Shown here: in pieces, positions 40,054 to 49,178 of the stretch | Layout: the number at the start of each line of letters is the position of its first letter | Position numbering within the stretch: the first letter of the stretch is position 1 | Assembly: GCA_045644805.1 (NCBI GenBank) | Contig: JAZRHO010000079.1 | Location: 19,864-83,863, forward strand | Length of the DNA: 64,000 nt | Origin: Eubacteriales bacterium | GTDB lineage: Bacteria > Bacillota > Clostridia > Oscillospirales > CAG-272 | Direction: 5' to 3' | Translations under genes and position numbers: made by a program | Notes under the pieces: generated by a model | The model's input: the letters and a program-made list of their open reading frames with translations, nothing else | Told to the model about the DNA's origin: nothing | Database searches by the model: none

Positions 40054-41028
40054 ATGATAAATTTTTTCAATGCGGCACGCATAAACATTATTCACGCAAC
40101 GCACGAAGGTCATTCGTGGCTGGCTGATTTTTTCAAAGAACACCTGGGCGTTTTTGGCACATTTCTTGAAGAGGTTCTTATTCACGGTATTATTGATACA
40201 CTCGTTCTTATTCCTTTTTTATTTCTTACCTACCTTTTAATGGAATTTATTGAGCATAAGGCTGGGGACAAAACGCTTCTTTTTATGAAAAAATCCGGTT
40301 CTTACGGACCTTTGGCGGGCGGTGTTATAGGAATTGTTCCTCAATGCGGTTTTTCTTCCGTCGCGTCAAACCTTTACTGCGGAAAGGTCATAACGACGGG
40401 TACTCTTATAGCGGTATTTCTTTCGACTTCCGACGAAATGCTTCCTATCCTTATCGGAAATTCGGATATAAAATTCAAAACGATACTTTTTATACTTCTT
40501 TATAAGGTTGCTGTTGCAATTGCTGTCGGATTTGCTGTCGATCTCGTTTTTCACTTACTTAAAAAGGATAACGAGACGATTAATATAGACGAGCTTTGCG
40601 ATAATGATAACTGCCATTGCGAAAAAGGCATTTTTCATTCTGCGCTTCACCATACCGTAAGCATAACACTTTTTATTCTTCTTTGTACCATCTTTATCAA
40701 TATAGCGGTATTTCTTATCGGTGAAGAGAATCTTGTTGCTATAATGTATAACAAACCTGTGTTAAGCCATATTATAGCATCGTTATTCGGACTTATACCG
40801 AACTGTGCCGTATCTGTTGCTCTGACAGAATTTTATACGAGCGGTTTTATAACCTTAGGAACAATGCTGGCAGGTCTTTTTTCGGGAGCGGGAGTCGGGC
40901 TTCTCGTTCTCTTTAAGGTAAACAGAGATATAAAAAGAAATTTAGTGATAGTAGGGATTCTTCTAACCGCAGGCGCTCTCTTTGGTCTTCTTGCGGACAT
41001 TATAGGATTTGAAGCGATTATTACCTAA
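40054..41028 (+). CDS. multi-pass membrane protein of the ArsP_2 / putative manganese or heavy-metal exporter type
   Basis: 324 aa with about 10 TM helices. Duplicated GIVPQCGFSS and GLIPNCAVSV motifs. Central Cys/His loop CDNDNCHCEKGIFHSALHH. Family name is recalled, not searched. Confidence 0.6.
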   Translation: MINFFNAARINIIHATHEGHSWLADFFKEHLGVFGTFLEEVLIHGIIDTLVLIPFLFLTYLLMEFIEHKAGDKTLLFMKKSGSYGPLAGGVIGIVPQCGFSSVASNLYCGKVITTGTLIAVFLSTSDEMLPILIGNSDIKFKTILFILLYKVAVAIAVGFAVDLVFHLLKKDNETINIDELCDNDNCHCEKGIFHSALHHTVSITLFILLCTIFINIAVFLIGEENLVAIMYNKPVLSHIIASLFGLIPNCAVSVALTEFYTSGFITLGTMLAGLFSGAGVGLLVLFKVNRDIKRNLVIVGILLTAGALFGLLADIIGFEAIIT

Positions 41029-41144
41029 AAAGACAAAATATTTGCTGAATAACACAAAATCGTTATAGAAAACAGAAACTCCTTGTGTTAAAATAAACGT
41101 ATAAACGGTAAAACCGCATATCAGCTAACAACGCGAGGAGCATT

Positions 41145-42191
41145 ATGAAAAAGAATATAGCTATAATAGGATACGGCGGACAGGGAGCATGGCATGCAGC
41201 TAAAGCGATTGCAAGCGATGTTATCTCTCTTTCGGGTATATACGATATTTCAGAAAAACGCACCGATGCCGCAAAGACAAACGGTATCCATACTTACTAT
41301 TCAAGAGAAGAATTGCTTGCTGATAAGAGCGTTGATATTGTGGTATGCGCGACTCCCAATGACGTACATAAAGAAATCATTATAGACGCGCTCAATGCCG
41401 GAAAGCACGTAGTATGTGAAAAACCGGTAGCTCTTTCACTCTCCGACTTTGACGAAATGTGCGATGCGGCAAATAAAGCGGGAAAAATATTTACCGTTCA
41501 TCAAAACAGACGTTATGACGTTGACTATCTCGCAATGCAATCTATCGTTGATAGCAGTGAAATCGGAGATATAGTAAATATTGAATCGAGAATACACGGC
41601 TCACGCGGTATTCCCTCTCACTGGAGATGCCATAAGCCTGAGGGCGGAGGTATGATTTTAGACTGGGGAGTCCATCTTATAGATCAGATGCTTCGCTTAA
41701 TCCCCGAAAGGATAACGAATATCTATTGTGAGGTTACAAATATAACCACCGACGAGGTTGATGACGGATTCAACCTTCACCTCACCTTCGACAGCGGTAA
41801 GCGTGCGACAGTGGAGGTCGGAACGTATAACTTCCTTCCCCTTCCGAGATTTTATATGCAGGCAAAAAAAGGAACTGCGATAATCGACGATTGGCAGAAA
41901 AAATGCCGTGTGGCAAAGCTCAAAGCATGGTGCGAAAAGGAAGTCCTGCCCGTGCAGACTGCGGCAGGAATTACCAAAACCATGGCCCCACGTGATGAAA
42001 TAACCCTTGATTTTTATGAAATAGATCGCCCTGTATCCGACGTTCATGATTATTACCGTAATCTGATAGCAGCTATTGACGGAAAGGCAGAAATTTTTGT
42101 TAAACTTCATGAAGTACGCCGCGTTCTCGAAGTAATGGAAGCAGCCTTTCTCTCTGCGGAAAAAAAGGCAGTGATTAAAGTTGAGATATAA
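41145..42191 (+). CDS. Gfo/Idh/MocA family oxidoreductase
   Basis: 348 aa. N-terminal Rossmann IAIIGYGGQG and the EKP motif (VVCEKPVA). Confidence 0.88.
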   Translation: MKKNIAIIGYGGQGAWHAAKAIASDVISLSGIYDISEKRTDAAKTNGIHTYYSREELLADKSVDIVVCATPNDVHKEIIIDALNAGKHVVCEKPVALSLSDFDEMCDAANKAGKIFTVHQNRRYDVDYLAMQSIVDSSEIGDIVNIESRIHGSRGIPSHWRCHKPEGGGMILDWGVHLIDQMLRLIPERITNIYCEVTNITTDEVDDGFNLHLTFDSGKRATVEVGTYNFLPLPRFYMQAKKGTAIIDDWQKKCRVAKLKAWCEKEVLPVQTAAGITKTMAPRDEITLDFYEIDRPVSDVHDYYRNLIAAIDGKAEIFVKLHEVRRVLEVMEAAFLSAEKKAVIKVEI

Positions 42192-42228
42192 GTTATTCGG
42201 CTTAAAATGACTTCATACCTATTAAAAT

Positions 42229-42276
42229 AAGAAAACACAGAGTTTTTGGATTTTACCCCAAACTCTGTGTTTTCTT
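42229..42276. terminator. bidirectional terminator (17-bp perfect stem)
   Basis: AAGAAAACACAGAGTTT (42229-42245) pairs with AAACTCTGTGTTTTCTT (42260-42276), between convergent genes. Confidence 0.85.
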
Positions 42277-42307
42277 ATTAAACTTTTGAAGTTAAACAAT
42301 CAAGCCT

Positions 42308-43135
42308 TTAAGCCTTCCCTTCGGAGCCGAAAAGCTTTATTTTCTTTATAACCTCTGCTTTGATAGCCTCTACCTTAGCGTTTCTGATTTCAAGGTAAGG
42401 TCCTTCAAATTCCTTCATTGCGCGCTTGCCTGCGTTGCAAAGATCTGTGAAGATATTTACTTTTGCAATACCGCCTGCTATGGTATTTCTGAAATCATCG
42501 TCAGAAAGACCAGAACCGCCATGAAGAACCAGCGGAGTATCAAGCTCGGCTCTTATCTTTTTGAGCGCATTAATATCAAGATTGGGTTTTTCCTTATAAT
42601 CACCGTGCGCCGTACCTATTGCTACGGCGAGAGCATCTACACCGGTTGCTTCTACAAAATCGACCGCTTCTTTGGGAGTAGTATACATAGCTTCGCGCTC
42701 TTCAACACTTTCGTCAGTGTTGCCTACATGTCCTATTTCGCCTTCAATCGAAGCGCCAAGCTTATGCGCATAATCTGCCATAGCGCGCGTTCTCTTTATG
42801 TTATCATCAGCAGATCCTAAAGATCCGTCGAACATAATACTGGAAAAACCAAGCTCAAGAGCTTCATAGCAACGCTCCTCGGTAAGTCCGTGGTCGTAGT
42901 GAACAACAACCGGCACCGAAGCTCTCTTTGCGGCCGCAACCAACGAAGGTCCTATAAGCTTAAGCTCACCGTAAGGCAAAAGTATTTCAGCGGTGCCTAT
43001 AACAACGGGAGAGCGCATCTCTTCCGCCGCGGAAATAACTGCCTCAAGCATATCCGTATCAGTAGTATTAAAAAGTCCTACTGCATATCCGCCGTCTCTT
43101 GCTTTTTCCAAAACATCATTAAGTGTTACAAGCAT
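42308..43135 (-). CDS. class II ketose-bisphosphate aldolase (fructose/tagatose-bisphosphate aldolase family)
   Basis: 275 aa. YAVGLFN, HYDHG, GHVG and LVLHGGSG motifs. Confidence 0.88.
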   Translation of the reverse strand: MLVTLNDVLEKARDGGYAVGLFNTTDTDMLEAVISAAEEMRSPVVIGTAEILLPYGELKLIGPSLVAAAKRASVPVVVHYDHGLTEERCYEALELGFSSIMFDGSLGSADDNIKRTRAMADYAHKLGASIEGEIGHVGNTDESVEEREAMYTTPKEAVDFVEATGVDALAVAIGTAHGDYKEKPNLDINALKKIRAELDTPLVLHGGSGLSDDDFRNTIAGGIAKVNIFTDLCNAGKRAMKEFEGPYLEIRNAKVEAIKAEVIKKIKLFGSEGKA

Positions 43136-43169
43136 AATTACTCACCTTTTCCTATAATATAATAATTAT

Positions 43170-44384
43170 TTAAATCTCTAATCTTTTGTACTGTTTTTGA
43201 AGCTCGTAAATCTCTTCTTTTGATCTCATACCGTCAACCGCGTTTTCTGAGAAGAGATTGCATGCAGCCGCAGCAGAAGCAAACTCAAGGGTAGCCTTAT
43301 CGGTCATACCATGGTATATACTGAACAAGCATCCCGCGCAAAAGGCATCGCCCGCGCCAACGCTTCCCTTTATCTCCTCGCTCGGTATCTTAAGAGACGG
43401 AACAACAATGATATCGTTACTGTTTGAGCTAAGAAGAAAGCTTTTCTGCTTTGCATGCACTATAACCTTTTCGCGAACTCCCGCTTCAAGAGTTTTGCGC
43501 ATGGCAAGCTTTATGTTTTCATCGTTCATCGTACCGTCTTCAAAATAAGGCTCAAGCCCCCATATACCGGTGCACTCAATTTCGTTAACTATTATATAAT
43601 CACAATATTTAAGTGACGGTCTTACCTTTTCACCGTAATCATCGCGTTTGTTGCTTATAAGATCTACAGATGTTTTAATTCCTCTTGACTGAACTTCATG
43701 AAGAAAACGCGCCATTTTTGTACCGTATTCATCATCATCCTCATCAAACTTGTCCAAAAGAAGAATATATCCTATATGAAGTATATCGCAGTTTAAAGTA
43801 TCTATATCAACGTCATCAGGGTCAAACTCTGCATTCGCTCCCTTTACATGGAAGAAGGTTCTCTCACCGCTGGGCATACTCATAACGTCAGAGAAAGAAG
43901 TGCTTTCTGTATGCGAAAACTTAACGCGGTCAACGTTTACTCCATAACCACGAAGCTTGGATAGTATAAATCTTCCGTTCTCATCGTGTCCTATCTTACC
44001 GATTACGGAGACAGGCAAGGTACTGTCTATTTTGATAAGGTCAATAGACGTATTTGGCGCGCATCCTCCGACGGCCTGATATATTGCTCCAATATTGGCA
44101 AGCATTCCAATCGAGGGATAATTTTCAATGTCTTTGACTATATCCACAAGCATATTTCCCGCAACGGTTATTCCACGGCGGTCACCAAGCATAAGATAAT
44201 CAATGCTGACACCGAAAAGCGATGATATTGTCGGTATAAGCGTAATATCGGGATATCCCTGACCGCTCTCCCATTTGCTTACGGCCTTATTGGTTACGTC
44301 CAACTTTTCGGCAAGCTCCGACTGCGTCATTTTTTGCGAACGGCGAAGCTTCTTTATCGTTGAACCCATAGTTTTTGCATCCAT
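43170..44384 (-). CDS. XRE-type HTH domain fused to a PfkB/ribokinase-family carbohydrate kinase
   Basis: 404 aa. Residues about 8-65 are HTH_3-like (IKKLRRSQKMTQSELAEKLDVTNKAVSKWESG). The remainder is PfkB with VGGCAPN and GAGDAFCAG motifs. Confidence 0.85.
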   Translation of the reverse strand: MDAKTMGSTIKKLRRSQKMTQSELAEKLDVTNKAVSKWESGQGYPDITLIPTISSLFGVSIDYLMLGDRRGITVAGNMLVDIVKDIENYPSIGMLANIGAIYQAVGGCAPNTSIDLIKIDSTLPVSVIGKIGHDENGRFILSKLRGYGVNVDRVKFSHTESTSFSDVMSMPSGERTFFHVKGANAEFDPDDVDIDTLNCDILHIGYILLLDKFDEDDDEYGTKMARFLHEVQSRGIKTSVDLISNKRDDYGEKVRPSLKYCDYIIVNEIECTGIWGLEPYFEDGTMNDENIKLAMRKTLEAGVREKVIVHAKQKSFLLSSNSNDIIVVPSLKIPSEEIKGSVGAGDAFCAGCLFSIYHGMTDKATLEFASAAAACNLFSENAVDGMRSKEEIYELQKQYKRLEI

Positions 44385-44714
44385 AATTTAATCCTCCGTT
44401 TTCTTAATTTTATCACATTCATAATATAAAGTAAACCTACGGCTTGGAGATTATTCAGCAATTATAAAGAAGAAAAATCTTCCGTTGGTGGATTTTTTGT
44501 TTTTTTAGCATGAAATCGGATGCTTCACGCATCAAAACTTGCTTAATTTATGGATTTGCCATTCGACTAAAAATCAAATCATCCTCTGAAAACGAAAAAA
44601 GAAAACAAAACACACTATATATTGCTTTTATCACAGCATTATGATATAATAAAACAGCCCTGTGTTTTGCGATTTATAATATGAATGTATAGAGAGATTA
44701 ATCTATGAATTTGA

Positions 44715-44849
44715 TATTTGGTAAAAATAGCAGAAGTTGCCGCGGCAGTCGGATATCTTGACGTCAATTCATTCTACATAGCGTTCAAGAAAACCGTCGG
44801 TATATCGCCCGCTCTTTACAGAAAAAGTCTTAATAAGAGCCACGGTTGA
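44715..44849 (+). pseudogene. remnant of the 3' end of an AraC-family regulator gene
   Basis: In-frame translation YLVKIAEVAAAVGYLDVNSFYIAFKKTVGISPALYRKSLNKSHG* matches the second HTH of AraC/XylS proteins (IA..VG(F/Y)....YF...FKK..G.SP..YR). There is no start codon, and a TGA stop lies immediately upstream at 44712-44714. Confidence 0.65.
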
Positions 44850-44904
44850 TTTTTTTACGAAAATGTGATATAATAATACAATAAAAACGTGTGCAGGAAA
44901 ATAT

Positions 44905-46980
44905 ATGGAAAACTTTAAGAAAAAAGCTATTGAGCTATTAATGGGGCTTGCGGTTAATGAAAAGAAAAACCCCGCAGTAGTTCCCTATATTCCCGCGAAG
45001 CTTTCTTCAAGCGCGAATGAAAAAAAGAGTCTTCAACGCAGGCTCGGAGGACCAAAACGCAAATATTCAAGAACTCTTACTATGCTTCTTCGCGAGCTTG
45101 AATATGAAAGGCGCGCAAATATTCATAACATTATGATAATTAAAAATGGAGAGGTAATTTGCGAAGCATCTCACCCAGGCTATGATACAAACGTATACCA
45201 TCTTGCTCATTCAATGTCTAAAACCGTAACGGCGCTTGCGATCGGATTTCTCGCCGATGAAGGTAAGTTAGATATCAATCAAAGAGTCGCGGATATTTTC
45301 CCCGAAATTTCATATAAGGATCACCGTTTTTCAAGCATAACGGTTGAGCATCTTCTTACGATGAGAAGCGGAGTTTCCTTTGCAGAGCTTGGGTCTGTAA
45401 CAGAAACAAGATGGACGGACGCGTTCTTTTCGTCTGAACTTTCCTTTGCCCCGGGCGAATCGTTTGCCTACAACAGCATGAATTCATATATTCTCGGAAA
45501 AATCGTTACTCGTATTACGAAAAGACGCCTTTCTGATTTTCTCCGCGAAAAGCTGTTTGAGCCTCTGGATATAGACAATTACCTATGGGAAATAGGGCCC
45601 GAGGGCACGGAAAAAGGCGGGTTCGGATTGTACCTTTCTTGCGAGAGCTTTGCAAAAATCGGGCTTATGCTTCTCGGATGCGGGTCTTATAACGGAAGGC
45701 GCATCATTTCGCAGGATTTTGTATCCCTCATGACAAGAACTCACTCTTATGCTCCGCTTGAAAAAGGCGGGTTTAACTACGGTTATCATATATGGACAAG
45801 CAGAGATTCTTCCGACTTTCTCCTCAACGGAATGTTAGGTCAGAACGTGCTTGTAAGTCCTGAAAATAACGTTGTAGTCTCTATAAACGCAGGCAATAAC
45901 GAGCTGTTTCAGGACAGTCCTGCGCTTGAAATAATAAAAAAGTACATTTCAAGTCTTTCCGAGGATTCATATGCCACCCGTGCTGAATTTTACAGTCTGA
46001 AAAACAGAATAAAGACCTTTTTCGTAAGACGCCACTGGGTAAGACCGAAGCAAAAAATACGTTCTGTCAGCACACTTTTACGTCTGCGTGATTCAAAACC
46101 CTTTGACGAATGCTGGAATCCTGTGCTCGGATCCTATGCTTTTCCTGAAAACAATTCGGGAATACTACCGCTTTTTATAAGCGTTATGCAAAACAACTAT
46201 ATAGGCGGTATAGAGAAAATAAGCCTGCAAAGACGCAAAAACACTCTTCTTTTTACCTCCGTCGAAGGCGGTATAGCGTATGAGATTCCCGTAGGACTTT
46301 ACGGCTTTGAGGAAAGTATTATCAACTTCAAGGGGGAAAAATATATCGTACGCGCCATAGGCGAAGCGATGGAAGACGAAGATAGAAATCCTGTTTATAA
46401 AATTGAGCTTATTTTCCCCGAATTACCAAATACGCGTATGATAAAAATTACACACGCCCCTGAGGGTATAAGAGTTCGTCTGAGCGAATCACCTAACCAA
46501 AGAGTTGCGGACAGATTTATCTCTTCCTTCACCGAAGGAGGAAAGCTGGGTTTTGCGATGGGACTCATAGAAAAGAAGATAGGCGAAGATTTTATATCCA
46601 AAAGACTCACGTCGCTATTTAACCCCGATTTGTCGGGAATTGATACGCGTATCAGCGGTTGGGAATCAATAATAGAAGCTGTAAACCGCGAAATCTGTGA
46701 AAAACGTGAAAGCGACAATAAATTTGTAAAATCCTTTATAGGCAAATTCATCGGAGACGAAAAAGAAGAAAAGCCCAAGGAGGAAAAGCCTAAATCGGGC
46801 GGATTCCTCGCAAAGGCTATATCTGCTCTTTTTTCAAAGGTGAAACCTGCCGGAGAAAAGGAGTCAGAAGGAGCACAGATTTTCGACTTCCCTCAGGTAG
46901 AGATAGTTGTGCCTAATGAAGACTCTGAAAAAAACATCGCATACGATAGCTCGTGCGATGAAAATGAGCAAAAACCATAA
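44905..46980 (+). CDS. serine hydrolase of the beta-lactamase / penicillin-binding family with a long C-terminal extension
   Basis: 691 aa. S-x-x-K motif in LAHSMSKTVTAL. The beta-lactamase fold covers roughly aa 60-340. About 350 aa follow, ending in a K/E-rich tail (EEKPKEEKPK). Confidence 0.75.
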   Translation: MENFKKKAIELLMGLAVNEKKNPAVVPYIPAKLSSSANEKKSLQRRLGGPKRKYSRTLTMLLRELEYERRANIHNIMIIKNGEVICEASHPGYDTNVYHLAHSMSKTVTALAIGFLADEGKLDINQRVADIFPEISYKDHRFSSITVEHLLTMRSGVSFAELGSVTETRWTDAFFSSELSFAPGESFAYNSMNSYILGKIVTRITKRRLSDFLREKLFEPLDIDNYLWEIGPEGTEKGGFGLYLSCESFAKIGLMLLGCGSYNGRRIISQDFVSLMTRTHSYAPLEKGGFNYGYHIWTSRDSSDFLLNGMLGQNVLVSPENNVVVSINAGNNELFQDSPALEIIKKYISSLSEDSYATRAEFYSLKNRIKTFFVRRHWVRPKQKIRSVSTLLRLRDSKPFDECWNPVLGSYAFPENNSGILPLFISVMQNNYIGGIEKISLQRRKNTLLFTSVEGGIAYEIPVGLYGFEESIINFKGEKYIVRAIGEAMEDEDRNPVYKIELIFPELPNTRMIKITHAPEGIRVRLSESPNQRVADRFISSFTEGGKLGFAMGLIEKKIGEDFISKRLTSLFNPDLSGIDTRISGWESIIEAVNREICEKRESDNKFVKSFIGKFIGDEKEEKPKEEKPKSGGFLAKAISALFSKVKPAGEKESEGAQIFDFPQVEIVVPNEDSEKNIAYDSSCDENEQKP

Positions 46981-46993
46981 CTTTGATTTACAA

Positions 46994-47040
46994 AAACAAG
47001 GGTATCTTAACTCAAAAAGTGAGAAAGGATACCCTTGTTT
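46994..47040. terminator. bidirectional terminator
   Basis: AAACAAGGGTATC (46994-47006) pairs with GATACCCTTGTTT (47028-47040), between convergent genes. Confidence 0.8.
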
Positions 47041-47043
47041 TAT

Positions 47044-47685
47044 TTAAAGTTTTGAATAACCGAAGCTATTAACGAGAGCGTCTATTTGCTCTCCTCTTTT
47101 GCAAAGCGGACATTCATGAGACGGATATGAAACATAATCCTTGAGGTCGTTAGGATCAAACACAGAGTTAACCTTGTATCCAATGCAATCATTTGTTGTT
47201 GCGAATATAGAAGCAATTCCCGCTACCTCGCCGCCGTAATATTTTATAGCTTCAATTGCCGACTTGGCGGTATATCCTGTTGTTACAGATGCCGCAAGGA
47301 TAAGAACGTGCTTGCCCTTAATTGCAGAAGCAAGACTTTCTCGGAATATTATTTGACTTCCAGATGTGCGCTCGGGAGTCAAAACATATATTGTCTGATG
47401 CGCGTTAATTGAAAGAAAATGACCTTTAGTCAGTTCATTTGCAAGGCAAGTTCCTATAACTTCAGTTCCGTCAAGACAAAGAATCGTATCTACGATAGTT
47501 GTTGCCTTGTAATAGCTTACCAGCTCTTCGGCAACCGCTGAGGCCTCGGATAAACGTGTTTTTTGAGTGGAGACGTCAATGTAATAATTAATATGGCTGT
47601 GATTGGTAGCAAAGTGCCCTTTTGAAACCCTTAAAAAGAGATTCTGACGCTTCGTTTTGATTTTGTAAGATTGTTCTGTTGGCAT
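47044..47685 (-). CDS. PyrE-like phosphoribosyltransferase-fold protein with a degenerate PRPP-binding loop
   Basis: 213 aa. GHFATNHSHINYYID resembles the PyrE-type GHF.L.SG.HS..Y motif. The PRPP loop reads VLILAASVTTGYT, with AA where type I PRTs carry two acidic residues. C-terminal CPLC. Confidence 0.6.
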   Translation of the reverse strand: MPTEQSYKIKTKRQNLFLRVSKGHFATNHSHINYYIDVSTQKTRLSEASAVAEELVSYYKATTIVDTILCLDGTEVIGTCLANELTKGHFLSINAHQTIYVLTPERTSGSQIIFRESLASAIKGKHVLILAASVTTGYTAKSAIEAIKYYGGEVAGIASIFATTNDCIGYKVNSVFDPNDLKDYVSYPSHECPLCKRGEQIDALVNSFGYSKL

Positions 47686-47891
47686 AAAGGATCTCCTTTG
47701 TGTCGTTTTTCAAGCGCGATAAATCGCACCTCTTGTATATATTCTACCGCAAAATTCACGTCATGTCAAGAAAAAATATAGGATACGGCATTTTTGAGCA
47801 AATGCAAAATACGTAATTAAAAGTTATTTTTGTATTGTATTTTATTTTTAATTGTGATATACTAACCTTAAAATATGCTCGGAGAAATCTT

Positions 47892-48746
47892 ATGAAAGTA
47901 GAAAATATAAAGTCGAATATACCGAAGCTCGATATATGCGTGCGGCATATGAATCATTATATAAAACCGTGCAAAATAGCTCAGCTCCACTATCATGACG
48001 AGCTTGAATTCCTTCCCGTATTTAACGGTACATTTTGTTGCAAGGTAGACGGAATTGACTATATCGCGCATGCCGGAGAAATAATATTTATAAATTCAGG
48101 TGTTCCTCACGAGACCGAATGCTTAGAACCGGAAACGCGCTCGGGACTGCTGCAATTCAGAGAAAGCAGTTACCTCGACCGCGATATACAAAAAGTAATA
48201 AAGTATTCTGTAAAATTTCAAAATCTTGACGGTGCGCCCGTTCTTATTTTGAAATCAAAAGAGATATACGCGGCAATCAGCCGAATTTTTATTGAATCTC
48301 AAGAAAAGCAAAACGCCTACGAGGTTATGATAAAGTCGCATATATTAAGGATAATAGCTCAGCTGTACCGTGACGGAATTCTCTCCGACGGTGAGCAGGT
48401 TTATGCCAGCGCAGCCGTGCAGAAAATACTGCCTGCGATGATGTACATAAATCAGCATTACGGAGAGGAAGTAACTCTCGAAGCCGTAAGCGGGATGATG
48501 GGGTTTGACCGCAGTTACTTCTGCAGAATATTTAAATCTGCAACGGGTGCCACCTTTACCGAATATCTGAATTTTGTTCGGATATGCAAAGCTGAGAAAA
48601 TGCTCTCCTCAACAACGCGCAGCATACTTGATATTTCTGCCGACGTCGGATTTTGCTCTGTATCATACTTTAACAAGCTTTTTAAAAAGTATAAAAACTG
48701 CTCTCCGAGCTTTTATCGCACCGCGAAATACTGCAACAATATATAA
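47892..48746 (+). CDS. AraC family transcriptional regulator with an N-terminal cupin domain
   Basis: Cupin HYHDELEF...GVPHE followed by a C-terminal dual HTH (GFDRSYFCRIFK, FCSVSYFNKLFKK). Start set at ATG 47892 (RBS GGAGA); the track ORF starts at 47835. Confidence 0.85.
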   Translation: MKVENIKSNIPKLDICVRHMNHYIKPCKIAQLHYHDELEFLPVFNGTFCCKVDGIDYIAHAGEIIFINSGVPHETECLEPETRSGLLQFRESSYLDRDIQKVIKYSVKFQNLDGAPVLILKSKEIYAAISRIFIESQEKQNAYEVMIKSHILRIIAQLYRDGILSDGEQVYASAAVQKILPAMMYINQHYGEEVTLEAVSGMMGFDRSYFCRIFKSATGATFTEYLNFVRICKAEKMLSSTTRSILDISADVGFCSVSYFNKLFKKYKNCSPSFYRTAKYCNNI

Positions 48747-48779
48747 GCTTCAAAGCTCGCGACCGAGTTTTAACTTTGG

Positions 48780-49178
48780 TCAGCGGGCTTTTTTTGACTC
48801 CCTTTTCCTTTCCGGTGCAGAGTCAATATAAAGAGTAATTACTTCTTCGAGCGTTCTTGAAAGAGCAAGTCTTTGCTTAGCTGTAAGAATACTGCATTTA
48901 CGGTAGAGAGTCAGAAGCTTTATCTCATCATCAGAAAGCTCTGACGAATCATGAGTAATCGGAACGTCTAAAAGCTCACCGACACTTATATCAAAGCTTT
49001 CGGCAAGAGCAGGAAGCATTTTCATATATGAAGAGGACTTTCCTCTTCTCCAGTTATTAACCGTCTTTGAAGCAAGTCCCATCTCGCGTTCGAAAGCAGC
49101 GTCGCTGTCATACTCTGCGTCAATAAGACTTAAAATTTTATTCCTGGTTTCATTGCTATTATTTTCGCTTCTTTTCAT
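48780..49178 (-). CDS. XRE-family HTH transcriptional regulator
   Basis: 132 aa. HTH_3-like segment FEREMGLASKTVNNWRRGKSS...LAESFDISVGELL. It overlaps the upstream gene by 20 nt. Confidence 0.75.
   Translation of the reverse strand: MKRSENNSNETRNKILSLIDAEYDSDAAFEREMGLASKTVNNWRRGKSSSYMKMLPALAESFDISVGELLDVPITHDSSELSDDEIKLLTLYRKCSILTAKQRLALSRTLEEVITLYIDSAPERKRESKKAR

Noticed and set aside
44705-44761. Short ORF MNLIFGKNSRSCRGSRIS overlapping the AraC remnant in another frame.
   Set aside because: It has no RBS and is 18 codons of arbitrary sequence. The alternative frame gives a clear AraC HTH match, so the region is interpreted as a pseudogene remnant.
47044-47685. The PRT-like gene as part of a retron or defence module; PRTase effectors occur in some retrons.
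   Set aside because: No reverse transcriptase, msr/msd-like structured repeat, nuclease or other defence gene is adjacent. The gene is monocistronic between a terminator and an AraC regulator.
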